Part shown: piece by piece, positions 20,516-30,634 of the stretch
Layout: each line of letters opens with the position of its first letter
Numbering within the stretch: position 1 is the stretch's first letter
Origin: Acidobacteriota bacterium
GTDB lineage: Bacteria; Acidobacteriota; Polarisedimenticolia; Gp22-AA2
Assembly: GCA_046758905.1 (NCBI GenBank)
Contig: JBHIBC010000006.1
Span: 6,686 to 70,685 of the forward strand
DNA length: 64,000 nt
Reading direction: 5' to 3'
Made by a program: the position numbers and the translations under genes
The notes under the pieces: model-generated
Seen by the model: the letters and a program-made list of their open reading frames with translations, nothing else
Told to the model about the DNA's origin: nothing
Databases searched by the model: none

Positions 20516-21444
20516 CGCGCGGCCCCCGTGATCTCCCGCCCGAGCAGGCGGACGTACAGGACCGCGAGGATCAGGCTCACCCCGAACAGGATCCAGGTCA
20601 GCGCCGAGCCGAAACCGAACCTCAGATTCTGCAGGAGCGACTGGAACGCGTACAGCGCCAGCGGCTCGGTGGCGGTCCCCGGCCCGCCGCCCGACAGCAC
20701 GTACACCAGATCGAACACGCGCAGGGCGTCGAGGGTGCGGAAGATGAGCGCCACCAGCAGCGCGGGGCGCAGGTGCGGCAGCGTGACGTGAGCGAACTGC
20801 CGGATGGGGCCAGCGCCGTCGATCCGCGACGCCTCGTACAGCGCCGGGTCGATCGCCTGCAGCCCGGCCAGGAGGAGCAGCGCCACGAACGGCGTCGTCT
20901 TCCAGACGTCCGCCAGGACGATCGGCACCCAGGCGGCCGTGGCGTGGGCCAGCCACGCGAACGGCTCCTCCAGGATCCCGACCCCCATCAGGGCCCGGTT
21001 GACGAGGCCGGCCCGGGCGTCGAACAGGAACCTCCACACCAGGGCCGCCACGACGGTCGGCAGCGCCCACGGGAGGAGCGCCGCCGAGCGCAGCAGGCCG
21101 CGCCCCCGGCGGATGCCGTGCAGCGCCAGCGCCAGCCCGGTCCCCAGGAGGATCTCCAGGGTCACGCTCGCGAGGGTGAAGAACAGGGTGTGCCCCAGCG
21201 CCGCGAGGAAGCGCTCGTCCCGCGCCACGGCGACGAAGTGCCGGAGTCCGACGAACGGCCGCCCGCGCCACGGCATCCGGAGGTCGTGCAGGTGCAGCGA
21301 CTCCCACAGGGTCCACAGCAGCGGCGCCAGCGCGACCAGGGCGATCGCGCCGAGCGCGGGCGCGACCAGCGCCCACGCCAGACGCGCCTCCCCCGTCGAG
21401 CCTCGCCGGCGGCCCGGGTCGGGGCTATCGGGCCGGGTGCGCAA
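20512..21444 (-). CDS. carbohydrate ABC transporter permease (MalF-like)
   Basis: DVWKTTPF, LYEASRIDGA, FDLVYVLSGGGPG. Confidence 0.92.
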   Translation of the reverse strand: MRTRPDSPDPGRRRGSTGEARLAWALVAPALGAIALVALAPLLWTLWESLHLHDLRMPWRGRPFVGLRHFVAVARDERFLAALGHTLFFTLASVTLEILLGTGLALALHGIRRGRGLLRSAALLPWALPTVVAALVWRFLFDARAGLVNRALMGVGILEEPFAWLAHATAAWVPIVLADVWKTTPFVALLLLAGLQAIDPALYEASRIDGAGPIRQFAHVTLPHLRPALLVALIFRTLDALRVFDLVYVLSGGGPGTATEPLALYAFQSLLQNLRFGFGSALTWILFGVSLILAVLYVRLLGREITGAAR

Positions 21445-22720
21445 AGCTCAGACCCGTCTCGTGCAGGAGGTCCCCGATCTCGCGCGCCGCGGAGCGCAGC
21501 GCCTCCGCGGGCGACTCCTGCCGCGTCAGAGCCCGGTGAATCCGGATCTGCAGCAGCTCGGAGAGCTGGGTGTAGACCGGCGTCAGCGGCCGCGGCGTGG
21601 CGCCGAGCACGATCCGCCTGAGCGCCCCGGGGGGCACCGCGACGGCGCGCGCCAGCTCGGGGCTGTCGTACAGCGACGGCCGTGCCGGGTACTGCCCGGC
21701 CGCCCGGGCCCTCTCGAGCATCTGCTCGGGCCGGGTCAGGTACTCGATGACCGCCCAGGCCTGCTCGGGACGGTCGCTGTTGGCGTTGATCGCGAGCTGC
21801 TGCCCTCCCAGCGTCGCGGTCGGCGCGCCGCCGGGTTGCGCCGGCATCGGCGCCACGCCGAACCGCCCCGCCACCGCCGAGCGTTCCGGGTCCTGCAGCA
21901 GGGCGTACGCGTAAGGCCAGTTGCGCATGAGGGCCGCCTCCCCGTTCTGGAATGCCAGCCGGGTCTGCTCCTCCTGCCAGGTCAGCACCGCGCGCGGCAC
22001 GACCCGGTCCCGGTAGATGGCGTCGCGCATGAACTCGAGGGCCCGAACCGCAGCCGGAGCGTCCACCTCCGGGAGCCCGTCGTCGTCCAGGATGCGTCCC
22101 CCGAACCCGCCCAGGTGCTCGAGGAAGGCGCACACCAGACCTTCGTAGCGGGCCCCCTGCCAGACGAACCCGTACGGGATCCCGCCCCGCTCCCTCGCCG
22201 CCGCGGCGAGCGCGAGCAGCTCGTCGAAGGAGTCCGGAGGCGCCCGCATCAGGTCGGTGCGCCAGTAGAGCATCCCCACGTCGACGTACCAGGGCAGGGC
22301 GTACAGGCTCCCGCGCCAGCGGTTCGCCCGCACCGCGGCCGCGAGAAACTCGTCGGCGGGCGGGGAGAAGCGCTCGAGCGACAGCAGCCACCCGGCGGCC
22401 GCGAACTCCGGCGTCCAGACCACGTCGAGCTGCAGGATGTCGGGATCCGGCGCGCGGGCGTTCAGCCACTGCACGTAGAGCTGGTGCCGCCGGTCGGCGG
22501 CGTCGGGGGTGGGACGGGTCTCCACCCGGATCCCCGGATGGGCGTCCATGAAGCGCCGCAGCTGGCTCCGCAGGACCTCGGCCTCGGCGCCCACGGCGCT
22601 GCCCGGGAAGGTCACCACCGCCGCTCCCCCGGGATCCCGCCGGCAGGCCGCGAACCCCGCGGCCGCGAGGAGCAGGGCCGCGAGCGGCCGCAGACGCGGC
22701 CGGCGGCGGGCCGGTGACAT
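21425..22720 (-). CDS. carbohydrate ABC transporter substrate-binding lipoprotein (trehalose/maltose-like)
   Basis: lipobox-like GFAAC; DVVWTPEFA, YEGL, MRNWPY, TLGG motifs. Confidence 0.88.
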   Translation of the reverse strand: MSPARRRPRLRPLAALLLAAAGFAACRRDPGGAAVVTFPGSAVGAEAEVLRSQLRRFMDAHPGIRVETRPTPDAADRRHQLYVQWLNARAPDPDILQLDVVWTPEFAAAGWLLSLERFSPPADEFLAAAVRANRWRGSLYALPWYVDVGMLYWRTDLMRAPPDSFDELLALAAAARERGGIPYGFVWQGARYEGLVCAFLEHLGGFGGRILDDDGLPEVDAPAAVRALEFMRDAIYRDRVVPRAVLTWQEEQTRLAFQNGEAALMRNWPYAYALLQDPERSAVAGRFGVAPMPAQPGGAPTATLGGQQLAINANSDRPEQAWAVIEYLTRPEQMLERARAAGQYPARPSLYDSPELARAVAVPPGALRRIVLGATPRPLTPVYTQLSELLQIRIHRALTRQESPAEALRSAAREIGDLLHETGLSFAHPAR

Positions 22721-22804
22721 CCGCGCGCGCACCCGTGCAGTGTACACTCGAAGCGCCGCCGTGGCCCGCCGGGATCCGGCTGGCCGTGGCCCCGGAGGGC
22801 GGGC

Positions 22805-24010
22805 TCACTCGGCCCGCAGGGCCTCCACCGGATCGAGGGCCGCCGCTCGCCGCGCCGGCAGCGCTCCGCTCAGGAGCCCGACCGCGAACGACAGGACCAG
22901 CGCGCCGACCGCGTACGCCAGCGGGGTGCGCACCGGCAGCCCCGGGAGCAGCAGGTGGAGCAGCCGCGCGATGCCGATCCCGCCGAGGATGCCGACCGCA
23001 CCCCCGACGCCCGCCAGCAGGGCGGCCTGCAGGAGGAAGAAGCCCAGAACCTGTCGCGGCCTCGCCCCCAGGGCGCGCATCAGGCCGATCTCCGCCACGC
23101 TCTCGTTCACCGAGATCCACATCATGGTGAGGATGCCGATGGCGCCGACCACCAGCGATATCCCCCCGATGGCGCCGACGGCGATGGTCACATACCCCAG
23201 GATCTCGTCCAGCACCGAGAGCATCGACTCCTGCGTGGTGATCGTGAAGTCCTCCTCGCCGCCGTGGCGGTCGAGCATCACCCGGCGGATCGCCCGCACC
23301 ACCTCGCGGGTCATCCGCGCGTGACGGTAGGTCACGTCGATCTCGAGCAGGTCGTCGCGGTTGAACAGCCGCAGGGCGGCGGCGACCGGCACGAAGACCG
23401 TGTCGTCCAGATCGATGCTGAGGAAGCGGCCCTTCGGCTCCATCACGCCGATGACGCGGAAGGGCCGCCCGCCGATCCGCACCCGCTCGCCCAGGGGATT
23501 GGCCTCCCCGAAGATCTCGCGCTTCAGCCGGGTGCCGAGGACGGCCACGGAGGCGCCGTGACGCGGGTCGCCGCCCGGCAGGAAGCGTCCCTGGCGGACG
23601 CCGAACTTCCAGACGCGGGGCCCCTCGGAGGTGACCCCGTAGACGAAGACGCGGCGGCCGCGCTCGCCATGCTCGACGCGGGCGTTGCCGAAGGCGACCG
23701 GCAGCGCGGCGTCGACCTCCGGCAGCCGCCTCAGCGCCTCCGCGTCCTCGATCGTCAGCTTGCGGATCGTCCCGGCCATGGCCGCGGGCGACCCGCCCGT
23801 GGTGGTCGCCCTGCCCGGGTTGATGGCGATGAGGTTGGTCCCGAACTGCGTGAACTCGCTGAGGACGAAGGAGCGCACGCCCTCGCCGATCGAGGTCAGC
23901 AGGATGACGGAGGTGATGCCGATGGCGATGCCGAGGACGGTCAGCGCCGACCGGAGCCGGTGCCCCGCCACCGCGCCCCACGACAGCCTCATGACGTCCG
24001 CCCCGCGCAC
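22805..24010 (-). CDS. MacB/FtsX-family ABC exporter permease
   Basis: RLRSALTVLGIAIG, ISLVVGAIGI, EIGLMRALGA, LDPVEALRAE. Confidence 0.92.
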   Translation of the reverse strand: MRGADVMRLSWGAVAGHRLRSALTVLGIAIGITSVILLTSIGEGVRSFVLSEFTQFGTNLIAINPGRATTTGGSPAAMAGTIRKLTIEDAEALRRLPEVDAALPVAFGNARVEHGERGRRVFVYGVTSEGPRVWKFGVRQGRFLPGGDPRHGASVAVLGTRLKREIFGEANPLGERVRIGGRPFRVIGVMEPKGRFLSIDLDDTVFVPVAAALRLFNRDDLLEIDVTYRHARMTREVVRAIRRVMLDRHGGEEDFTITTQESMLSVLDEILGYVTIAVGAIGGISLVVGAIGILTMMWISVNESVAEIGLMRALGARPRQVLGFFLLQAALLAGVGGAVGILGGIGIARLLHLLLPGLPVRTPLAYAVGALVLSFAVGLLSGALPARRAAALDPVEALRAE

Positions 24011-24016
24011 GGCCGC

Positions 24017-25222
24017 CTACGCTCCGGCCAGCGCAGCCACCGGGTCGAGCCGGGCGGCCCGCCGGGCCGGCATGATCCCGAACAGCACGCCGGCCCCCAG
24101 CGAGACCAGCAGCGCGGCGGCGGCGGCCCAGGCCGGCGGCTCCGTCGGGAGGGCCGGGTAGCGCAGCGAGAGCAGGCCCGCCCCGCCGTATCCGGCGGCC
24201 AGCCCCAGCGCGCCGCCGGCGGCCGACAGCAGCGCCGCCTCCACCAGGAAGATCGCCAGGATGGCGCGCGGCGTGGCGCCGAGCGCCCTGAGCAGGCCGA
24301 TCTCCCGCGTCCGCTCCGACACCACCACCAGCATCACGTTCATGATCCCGATGCCGGCGACCGACAGCGAGATGGCCGCGATCCCGGCCAGCGCCAGCGT
24401 CAGGGCCGCCAGGATGCGGGTGAAGGCTGAGAGGACGGCATCCTGGGTCAGCACGGTCACGTCCCGCGCCCCGTCGTGCCGTTCGCGCAGCACCTCGAGG
24501 ACGTCCTCGCGCGCCGCCTCGATCTCCGAGTGCGCCCCGACCTCGATCAGCACCCGGAACAGCGAGCTCTGGTTGAACAGCCGCAGCCCGCTGGCCACCG
24601 GGACGATCACCACGTCGTCCATGTCGATGCCGAGCGATTCCCCCTTGGAGGCCAGAACGCCGATCACCCGGAAGCGTCGGTCGCCGATCCGGATCGGCCG
24701 GCCCAGCGGGCTGGCCGATCCGAACAGCTCCCGCTGCACGGTGCGCCCGATCACCGCCACCGGCGCCGCCCGGCCGGGGTCGATCGCCGGGAGGAACCGC
24801 CCGGCGGCCACCTCGAGGTGCCGCACCCGCAGCAGCTCCGAGGTGCTGCCCAGGACGGTGACGTCGCGCCTCCGGTCGCCGTGCCCCACGCGCGCCGATC
24901 CGACCGCCAGCGGCGCCAGCCGCCGCACGCGCGGGCAGGCGCGCCGGATCGACTCCACGTCTTCGAGGGTCAGGTCGCGCGCCACCCCGCCGATCAGCGG
25001 CCAGTTGCCGGTGGTCTCCGTCCTGCCGGGGATCACGATCAGCAGGTTGCTGCCGAGCGCCGCGAACTGCTTCGTGACGTACAGGCGCGCCCCCTGCCCG
25101 ACGGCGGTCAGGAGGACGACCGCGGTCACGCCGATCGCCACGCCGAGCAGGGTCAGCCCCGATCGCAGGCGATGGCCGCGCAGAGCGCCGAGCGCGAACC
25201 GCACCAGATCGACCCCGCTCAC
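24017..25222 (-). CDS. MacB/FtsX-family ABC exporter permease (paralog of the adjacent gene)
   Basis: GTG at 25222; [27 protein letters not shown]. Confidence 0.92.
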   Translation of the reverse strand: MSGVDLVRFALGALRGHRLRSGLTLLGVAIGVTAVVLLTAVGQGARLYVTKQFAALGSNLLIVIPGRTETTGNWPLIGGVARDLTLEDVESIRRACPRVRRLAPLAVGSARVGHGDRRRDVTVLGSTSELLRVRHLEVAAGRFLPAIDPGRAAPVAVIGRTVQRELFGSASPLGRPIRIGDRRFRVIGVLASKGESLGIDMDDVVIVPVASGLRLFNQSSLFRVLIEVGAHSEIEAAREDVLEVLRERHDGARDVTVLTQDAVLSAFTRILAALTLALAGIAAISLSVAGIGIMNVMLVVVSERTREIGLLRALGATPRAILAIFLVEAALLSAAGGALGLAAGYGGAGLLSLRYPALPTEPPAWAAAAALLVSLGAGVLFGIMPARRAARLDPVAALAGA

Positions 25223-25235
25223 CGGCGGCCTCCCC

Positions 25236-25913
25236 TCAGCCCGGCCGGCCGTTCGAGACGATCCGGCCGTCGTCGAGACGCACGACCCGCCGGGCACGGC
25301 CCCCGATCTGCGGGTCGTGCGTCACCACCACCAGGGTCAGGCCCCCGCGGTTCATGGACTCGAGGAGCTCGATGATCTCCCGCCCGGATCTCCGGTCGAG
25401 GTTGCCGGTCGGCTCGTCCGCGAGCAGGATGTCCGGGCTCATCACCGTGGCCCGGGCGATCGCCACCCGTTGCCGCTGGCCGCCCGACAGCTGGTCGGGG
25501 CGGTGGCCCGCGCGGTCGGAGAGCCCGACGTGCCGCAGCGCCTCGTCCACGGCCCGCTTCCGCCGGGCCGGCGGCAGGCCGGCCAGCACCATCGGTAATT
25601 CGACGTTCCCGGCGGCGGTCAACCGCGGCACCAGGTGGAAGAACTGGAAGACGAACCCGATCCGGCGGCTGCGGACCTCCGAGAGATCCCTCTCCGGCAG
25701 GCTCCCGACCTCCCGCCCCCCGAGCCGGTACGAGCCGGAGGTCGGCCGGTCCAGGCAGCCGAGGAGGTGCAGGAGGGTCGACTTCCCCGACCCGGAGGGC
25801 CCCATGATCGCCAGGTAGTCGCCCTCCGGGATCGACAGGTCGATCCCGTCGAGCGCGCGGACGATCTGATCCCCGACGCGGTAGTGACGGCTGACGCCCC
25901 GCAGCTCGATCAT
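25236..25913 (-). CDS. MacB/LolD-type ABC transporter ATP-binding protein
   Basis: start MIELRGV at 25913; [33 protein letters not shown]. Confidence 0.94.
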   Translation of the reverse strand: MIELRGVSRHYRVGDQIVRALDGIDLSIPEGDYLAIMGPSGSGKSTLLHLLGCLDRPTSGSYRLGGREVGSLPERDLSEVRSRRIGFVFQFFHLVPRLTAAGNVELPMVLAGLPPARRKRAVDEALRHVGLSDRAGHRPDQLSGGQRQRVAIARATVMSPDILLADEPTGNLDRRSGREIIELLESMNRGGLTLVVVTHDPQIGGRARRVVRLDDGRIVSNGRPG

Positions 25914-27070
25914 CGACGAGGATGCCCGTCTCCGTCCTGGACCACGGCGCGCGCCCCCTCCCTCACCTCGGCGCGGTCGAGGGAGACGACCACGCGCTCG
26001 CCGGGCCGGAGCCCCTCCCGGATCTCCACGAACTCCCAGTTGCGCAGACCGGTCACGACCGTCCGGCCCTCGAGGCGCCCCCCGTTGTAGACCAGGACCC
26101 GCTCTCCCTCCAGGAGGGCGTACGCGGGGATGCGGAGCACGCCCTCCGCCTTCCTGAGGATGATCTCCACGTCGGCCGAGGTGCCGGGGAGCAGACGGCG
26201 GGCGATCTCCCGGTCCGCGAAGTCGACCTCCACCTCGAGGGTCCGGTTCTGCTCCTCGATGTCCCGCACGTAGGGCGCCACCCGCGTCACCCGTCCCTCG
26301 AACGACTCGCCCGGATACGGGTCGAGGGTGACGCGCGCGGGGAGGTCCGGGGCGACGCGCCCGGCATCCACCTCGTCGAGCGGCGCGCTGATGTAGATCG
26401 ACGTCGGGTCGATGATGTCGTACGCGGGGGGGATCGGCACGGCCGGAGGGGAGGGCGAGACCCACTCGCCGATCTCCGCGTCCAGCTCGGCGACGACCCC
26501 GTCGAACGGGGCGCGCAGCACCGTCTTGTTCAGGTTGGCGCGCGCGAGGGAAACCGCCGCCCGGGCGCTGTCCACCGCCGCCCGGGCCGCCTCGCAGCGG
26601 GCTCGGGCGGCGTCGCGCTCGCTCTCCAGCCGGTCGAGCAGCTCCGGCGAAACGATCCGCCGGTCCTGCAGGTCGAGGTTGCGCTTGAGATCGCGCTCCG
26701 CCAGCTCGGCGTTGAGGCAGGCCTCCGTGGCCCGGGACCTGGCGGTGACCACCTCCCGCTCCGCCAGCCGGAGCGAGGCGCGCAGATCCTCGTCGTTCAG
26801 GCGGAGCAGGACCTCCCCCTTACGCACCCTCGATCCGGGACGCGCGCCGATGTAGGCGACCCGGCCGCCGATCTCCGGGCTGATCCTCGACCGGCGCCGC
26901 GCCTTGACCGTGCCCGCCTTGCTGTTGGTGACGATCTCCTCCACGGCCCCGAGCTGCGCGGCGAACACCCGCACCGGGACCGGGCGGTCCCGGAGCCACG
27001 CGAACCAGATCAGCGATGCTGCCGCCGCGGCGGCCGCCGCCCACGCGGCGGGCCTGAGCCACCTCCTCAT
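25910..27070 (-). CDS. efflux periplasmic adaptor (MacA/HlyD membrane fusion protein)
   Basis: N-terminal TM helix, lipoyl GSRVRKGEVL, coiled hairpin, LRAPFDGVV. Confidence 0.9.
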   Translation of the reverse strand: MRRWLRPAAWAAAAAAAASLIWFAWLRDRPVPVRVFAAQLGAVEEIVTNSKAGTVKARRRSRISPEIGGRVAYIGARPGSRVRKGEVLLRLNDEDLRASLRLAEREVVTARSRATEACLNAELAERDLKRNLDLQDRRIVSPELLDRLESERDAARARCEAARAAVDSARAAVSLARANLNKTVLRAPFDGVVAELDAEIGEWVSPSPPAVPIPPAYDIIDPTSIYISAPLDEVDAGRVAPDLPARVTLDPYPGESFEGRVTRVAPYVRDIEEQNRTLEVEVDFADREIARRLLPGTSADVEIILRKAEGVLRIPAYALLEGERVLVYNGGRLEGRTVVTGLRNWEFVEIREGLRPGERVVVSLDRAEVREGARAVVQDGDGHPRR

Positions 27071-27136
27071 CGTCCCTCCTCGCCATGACCATAACATGGA
27101 CGTTCGCCCCGGCGGAGACGGCGGCGCTCGCGGCGT

Positions 27137-28279
27137 TCAGGGACGCTCGACTCCGTGGTCCGGGGCGGCGCCGTCGACCGCCGGCCGGTGGGCGCACCAG
27201 GGGTCGCTGGCCAGGAAGTCGCCGGTCAGGGCGAACGCCCGCGAGCGGGACCCGCCGCAGATGGCGTTGTACTCGCAGGCGCCGCAGACGCCCAGGAGCT
27301 CGCGAGGGGTGCGCAGCTTGCGGAACATCTCGTTGTCCCTGTAGATGGAAGCGAGGCTCGCGCCGCGCACGTTGCCGGCGCTGATCGGGAGGAAGCCGCT
27401 GGGGAAGACCTCCCCGGTGTGCGACACGAACAGGAAGCCGTTGCCGGCGTTGACCCCGCGCGGGGCCAGGCCGATGGAGCCGCCCGGCCCCTCGGTCCTG
27501 ACGAGCTGCGCGGGAAGCGCCCCCGGACGTCGCGGGGCGCGGTCGCTCCCCTCCCGCTCCTCCTGCTGCGCCACGTACCGGCGGTAGTGCGGCGCCTCGG
27601 TCACCTTGATCAGGAACCGGGCCCGCTTCTGGGCCCGGTACAGGATCGCGAAGGCCTCCTCGCACTGGGCGGCCGTCAGCCCCTGCAGGTCGCTCGCCCG
27701 CCCCATCGGCACCAGGAAGAACACCTCCCAGAAGACGACCATCAGCCGCTCGACCAGCCGGAGCATCGTCTCCAGGTGCGGCAGCGACGCCGCGGTGATC
27801 GTCGTGTTGATCTGCAGCGGCAGGTCCCGGGCGTGGGCCCACTCGATCGCCCGCATCGTCCTGTCGAACGCCCCGGGGGCGCCCCGGAACTCGTCGTGCA
27901 GATCGGCGGTCGGGAAGTCGAGGCTCAGCGCCATCTGGCTCAGCCCGGCCTCCTTCAGCCTTCCGATCGCCCCTTCGGTCAGCAGCCCCGTGGCCGCCGG
28001 GATGGTGGCCATCCTCATCCCCAATCCCGCGCCGCAGCGGATCAGGTCGTACAGGTCCGGTCGCTTGAGAGGGTCGCCCCCGCTCAGGATGAAGATCGGC
28101 GTCCCCATGCCGGCCGCCTGGCGGAGCAGGTCCTCGCCCTCCCCGGTGCTCAGCTCCCGGGGGTGGCGGTGCGGCTCCGCGGAGGCCCGGCAATGGCGGC
28201 AGGTCAGGTCGCAGGCCTGGGTCGTCTCCCAGATGATCAGGAACGGCGTGCGGTCGTAGTCGACGCGACGAGTCTTCAT
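27137..28279 (-). CDS. radical SAM/SPASM protein of the AhbD/NirJ heme-synthesis group (TIGR04053-like)
   Basis: WETTQACDLTCRHCRA (CxxxCxxC), GGDPLKRPDL, TEAPHYRR, SPASM CGACEYNAICGGSRSRA. Confidence 0.85.
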   Translation of the reverse strand: MKTRRVDYDRTPFLIIWETTQACDLTCRHCRASAEPHRHPRELSTGEGEDLLRQAAGMGTPIFILSGGDPLKRPDLYDLIRCGAGLGMRMATIPAATGLLTEGAIGRLKEAGLSQMALSLDFPTADLHDEFRGAPGAFDRTMRAIEWAHARDLPLQINTTITAASLPHLETMLRLVERLMVVFWEVFFLVPMGRASDLQGLTAAQCEEAFAILYRAQKRARFLIKVTEAPHYRRYVAQQEEREGSDRAPRRPGALPAQLVRTEGPGGSIGLAPRGVNAGNGFLFVSHTGEVFPSGFLPISAGNVRGASLASIYRDNEMFRKLRTPRELLGVCGACEYNAICGGSRSRAFALTGDFLASDPWCAHRPAVDGAAPDHGVERP

Positions 28280-28444
28280 CGGGCCGATCCTAGGCCGTCC
28301 GCGCCGCTCCGGGCAACTCTCCCGCGCGGGTGTCGATCGGGCCCGCCGCGAAACGCTTGCGCCGGCATCACGGTGCGGCCACCTGCCCACGCAGGATTTT
28401 CGCCCTGGGGGCGGCGGGGGCCCGAAAAATTCCGCCGCGCGGGC

Positions 28445-28461
28445 CCGGCACGCGCTTTGCG
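28445..28461 (+). promoter_or_regulatory. putative sigma54 promoter
   Basis: CCGGCACGCGCTTTGCG: GG-N10-GC with GGCAC and TTGC elements. Confidence 0.65.
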
Positions 28462-28636
28462 TGCCCGCGCCGCAGGGTCCATAGCCCCGCGGGCGCGAGC
28501 CCGCGAACAGTGCCGGCATTCTGAAAACTACTACAGCACCGCTCAGCGAGCCGGACGGCGGGAGGCGGAAAGCCGCCTGTGGAACCGGGGGATCGGCCCG
28601 CCGCGCCGGGCCCCCCGGCTCGCGCGGGGGCGCGTC

Positions 28637-29872
28637 ATGCGCGACAACCGAGGAGGCCGACGCCGTTCCGCGAGGAGAGGTCCGCTCGTCCTGCTGGCCC
28701 TGGGGCTGGGCACGGCCGCCGCCTACGGCACCAACGCCATACTCTCGGGGTTTCGACAGCACTATCCCACGACGACGATCCCCGACTACACCGTATTGGT
28801 GAGCGGGGACGAGTGCCTCGACTGCCACAGCTCCTCGAAGCGGGCCGATCCCGGCAACGCCTACCGCGAGGACCTGATCGCGACCAAGCTCGACAGAGAG
28901 ATCGACTTCAGCGCGGTGGATTCCCTGGACAGCGACGGCGACGGGGTCCTCAACGCCATCGAGGCGACGCTGCCGCGGGTCGATTTCCCGACCGACATCG
29001 AGGGAGCGCGGCAGGTGGGCTACAACCCCGGGCTCATCGACTGCCCCCCGGACGCGGACGGCGCTCCGAGGCTCGGATACGACCCCGTGTCCATGCGGCA
29101 CATCACCAACGTCCACGAGACCCCGCCCGGCGGGACGGTGTGGTCCAGCGAGATGCCCGGCGCCAACTGCGACGACGGGCTCGACAACGACTGTGACGGC
29201 GTCAGGGACGCCGAGGATCCGGATTGCCTCGCGTCGGGATGCGCGAGCGACGCGGACTGCGACGATGGGCTGTTCTGCAACGGCGGGGAGACCTGCGAGG
29301 CGGGCACCGGTCGGTGTCTCGCGGGGATCCCGCCCGCCGTGGACGACGCGATCGACTGCACCGTGGACTTCTGCGAAGAGGACCTCGACGCGATCGTCCA
29401 CAGCCCGAGCGATGCGCGCTGCGACGACGGGCTGTTCTGCAACGGCGCCGAGATCTGCGACGCGGCCTCGGGCTGCACGGCGGGAACGGCTCCCTGCGCA
29501 CCCGGCGAGGCCTGCGACGAGGAGGAGGACAGATGCGGCGCGGGGGCGCTCGATCTCGACATCGTCGGCTTCCGGGCCCCCCATCGGCTGAGCCTGTCGC
29601 GGCGCGTGCGCGACATCGTCCTGGTGGTGAAGAACGGCGGCGCGGTGGAGGGGACCGCGACGGCCGTCCTGACCAGCGTCAATCCCGACACCGGGGCGAT
29701 GCTCGTCCGGCCGCCGCTGGCCGTCTCCGATCCGGTCGGAGACGGCAGGTCCTCGTTCACCTTCCCCTTCCCGGTGAGCCTGGGCACCGGGACGATCGTC
29801 CACACCGTGACCATCGAGGACGGGGACCCCGATGACGACACGGCGAGCGACATCACGGTCGTGGTCCCGTGA
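28637..29872 (+). CDS. secreted monoheme c protein with Ca-binding DxDxDG motif, Cys-rich repeats and C-terminal Ig-like domain
   Basis: signal peptide; CLDCH; DSDGDG; CDDGLDNDCDG; two CDDGLFCNGxExC repeats. Confidence 0.75.
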   Translation: MRDNRGGRRRSARRGPLVLLALGLGTAAAYGTNAILSGFRQHYPTTTIPDYTVLVSGDECLDCHSSSKRADPGNAYREDLIATKLDREIDFSAVDSLDSDGDGVLNAIEATLPRVDFPTDIEGARQVGYNPGLIDCPPDADGAPRLGYDPVSMRHITNVHETPPGGTVWSSEMPGANCDDGLDNDCDGVRDAEDPDCLASGCASDADCDDGLFCNGGETCEAGTGRCLAGIPPAVDDAIDCTVDFCEEDLDAIVHSPSDARCDDGLFCNGAEICDAASGCTAGTAPCAPGEACDEEEDRCGAGALDLDIVGFRAPHRLSLSRRVRDIVLVVKNGGAVEGTATAVLTSVNPDTGAMLVRPPLAVSDPVGDGRSSFTFPFPVSLGTGTIVHTVTIEDGDPDDDTASDITVVVP

Positions 29873-30029
29873 CGCCGGCCCGCACACCGGCGGACGCGAG
29901 CGTCGAGGCGACCCGCTCGCCGCGGGGCGCGGGTTGAACGGGGCTTTACGTCGAGACCGCCACACCGCCGGCGGGGGCCGGGACCCGCGCCGGCCGGCAA
30001 GCAACGGAGCATGGACAGGGAGGTGTCGC

Positions 30030-30617
30030 ATGCGGTGTTCCTCGGGCTTATCCGGTCTGGCTTTGCTGTCCACCGTCCTGCTCTCGATGCCGCCGCTCCT
30101 GGCGGCGGAGGGAGCACACTCCTACGTGGGCTCCAAGAAGTGCAAGATGTGCCACATCAGGGAGTGGAAGTCCTGGTCCCAGACGAAGATGGCGAAGGCC
30201 TTCGAGCTGCTCAAGCCGGGGATCCGCGGGGAGCAGAAGGAGGCGGCCGGGCTGGATCCCGCGAAGGACTACACCGCGGATCCGGAATGCGTCTCCTGCC
30301 ATTCCACGGGCTACGGGAAGCCCGGCGGCTTCGTGGATCTCGAGACCACCCCCGACCTCGCCGGCGTCGGGTGCGAGATGTGCCACGGCGCCGGGGGAAC
30401 CTACACGCAAAAACAGTACATGAGCCTGCAGAACAAGAACTACAAGAAGCAGGATCTCGCGGCCGTCGGGCTGGTGGGGACGATCACCGCGCAGACCTGC
30501 CGGGGCCTGTGCCACAACAACAAGAGCCCCTTCGTCGGGGAGGACTACGTCTTCGACTTCGAGGCGAGACGCAACCAGGGCGCTCACGAGCGCTTTCCGC
30601 TGAAATACCAGCATTGA
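30030..30617 (+). CDS. cytochrome c554-like tetraheme cytochrome
   Basis: GGAGG RBS; YVGSKKCKMCH, CVSCHSTG, GVGCEMCHG, atypical CRGLCH. Confidence 0.88.
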   Translation: MRCSSGLSGLALLSTVLLSMPPLLAAEGAHSYVGSKKCKMCHIREWKSWSQTKMAKAFELLKPGIRGEQKEAAGLDPAKDYTADPECVSCHSTGYGKPGGFVDLETTPDLAGVGCEMCHGAGGTYTQKQYMSLQNKNYKKQDLAAVGLVGTITAQTCRGLCHNNKSPFVGEDYVFDFEARRNQGAHERFPLKYQH

Positions 30618-30634
30618 CGACGGCGGGCACGAGG

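Noticed and set aside
29258-29460. Direct repeat of about 40 bp
   Set aside because: Explained by the in-frame CDDGLFCNG protein repeats; not CRISPR or a mobile element
27137-30073. 978-aa minus-strand and 905-aa plus-strand overlapping ORFs suggesting large fusions
   Set aside because: The real genes start at 28279 (-) and 28637 (+); the extensions are antisense or intergenic read-through
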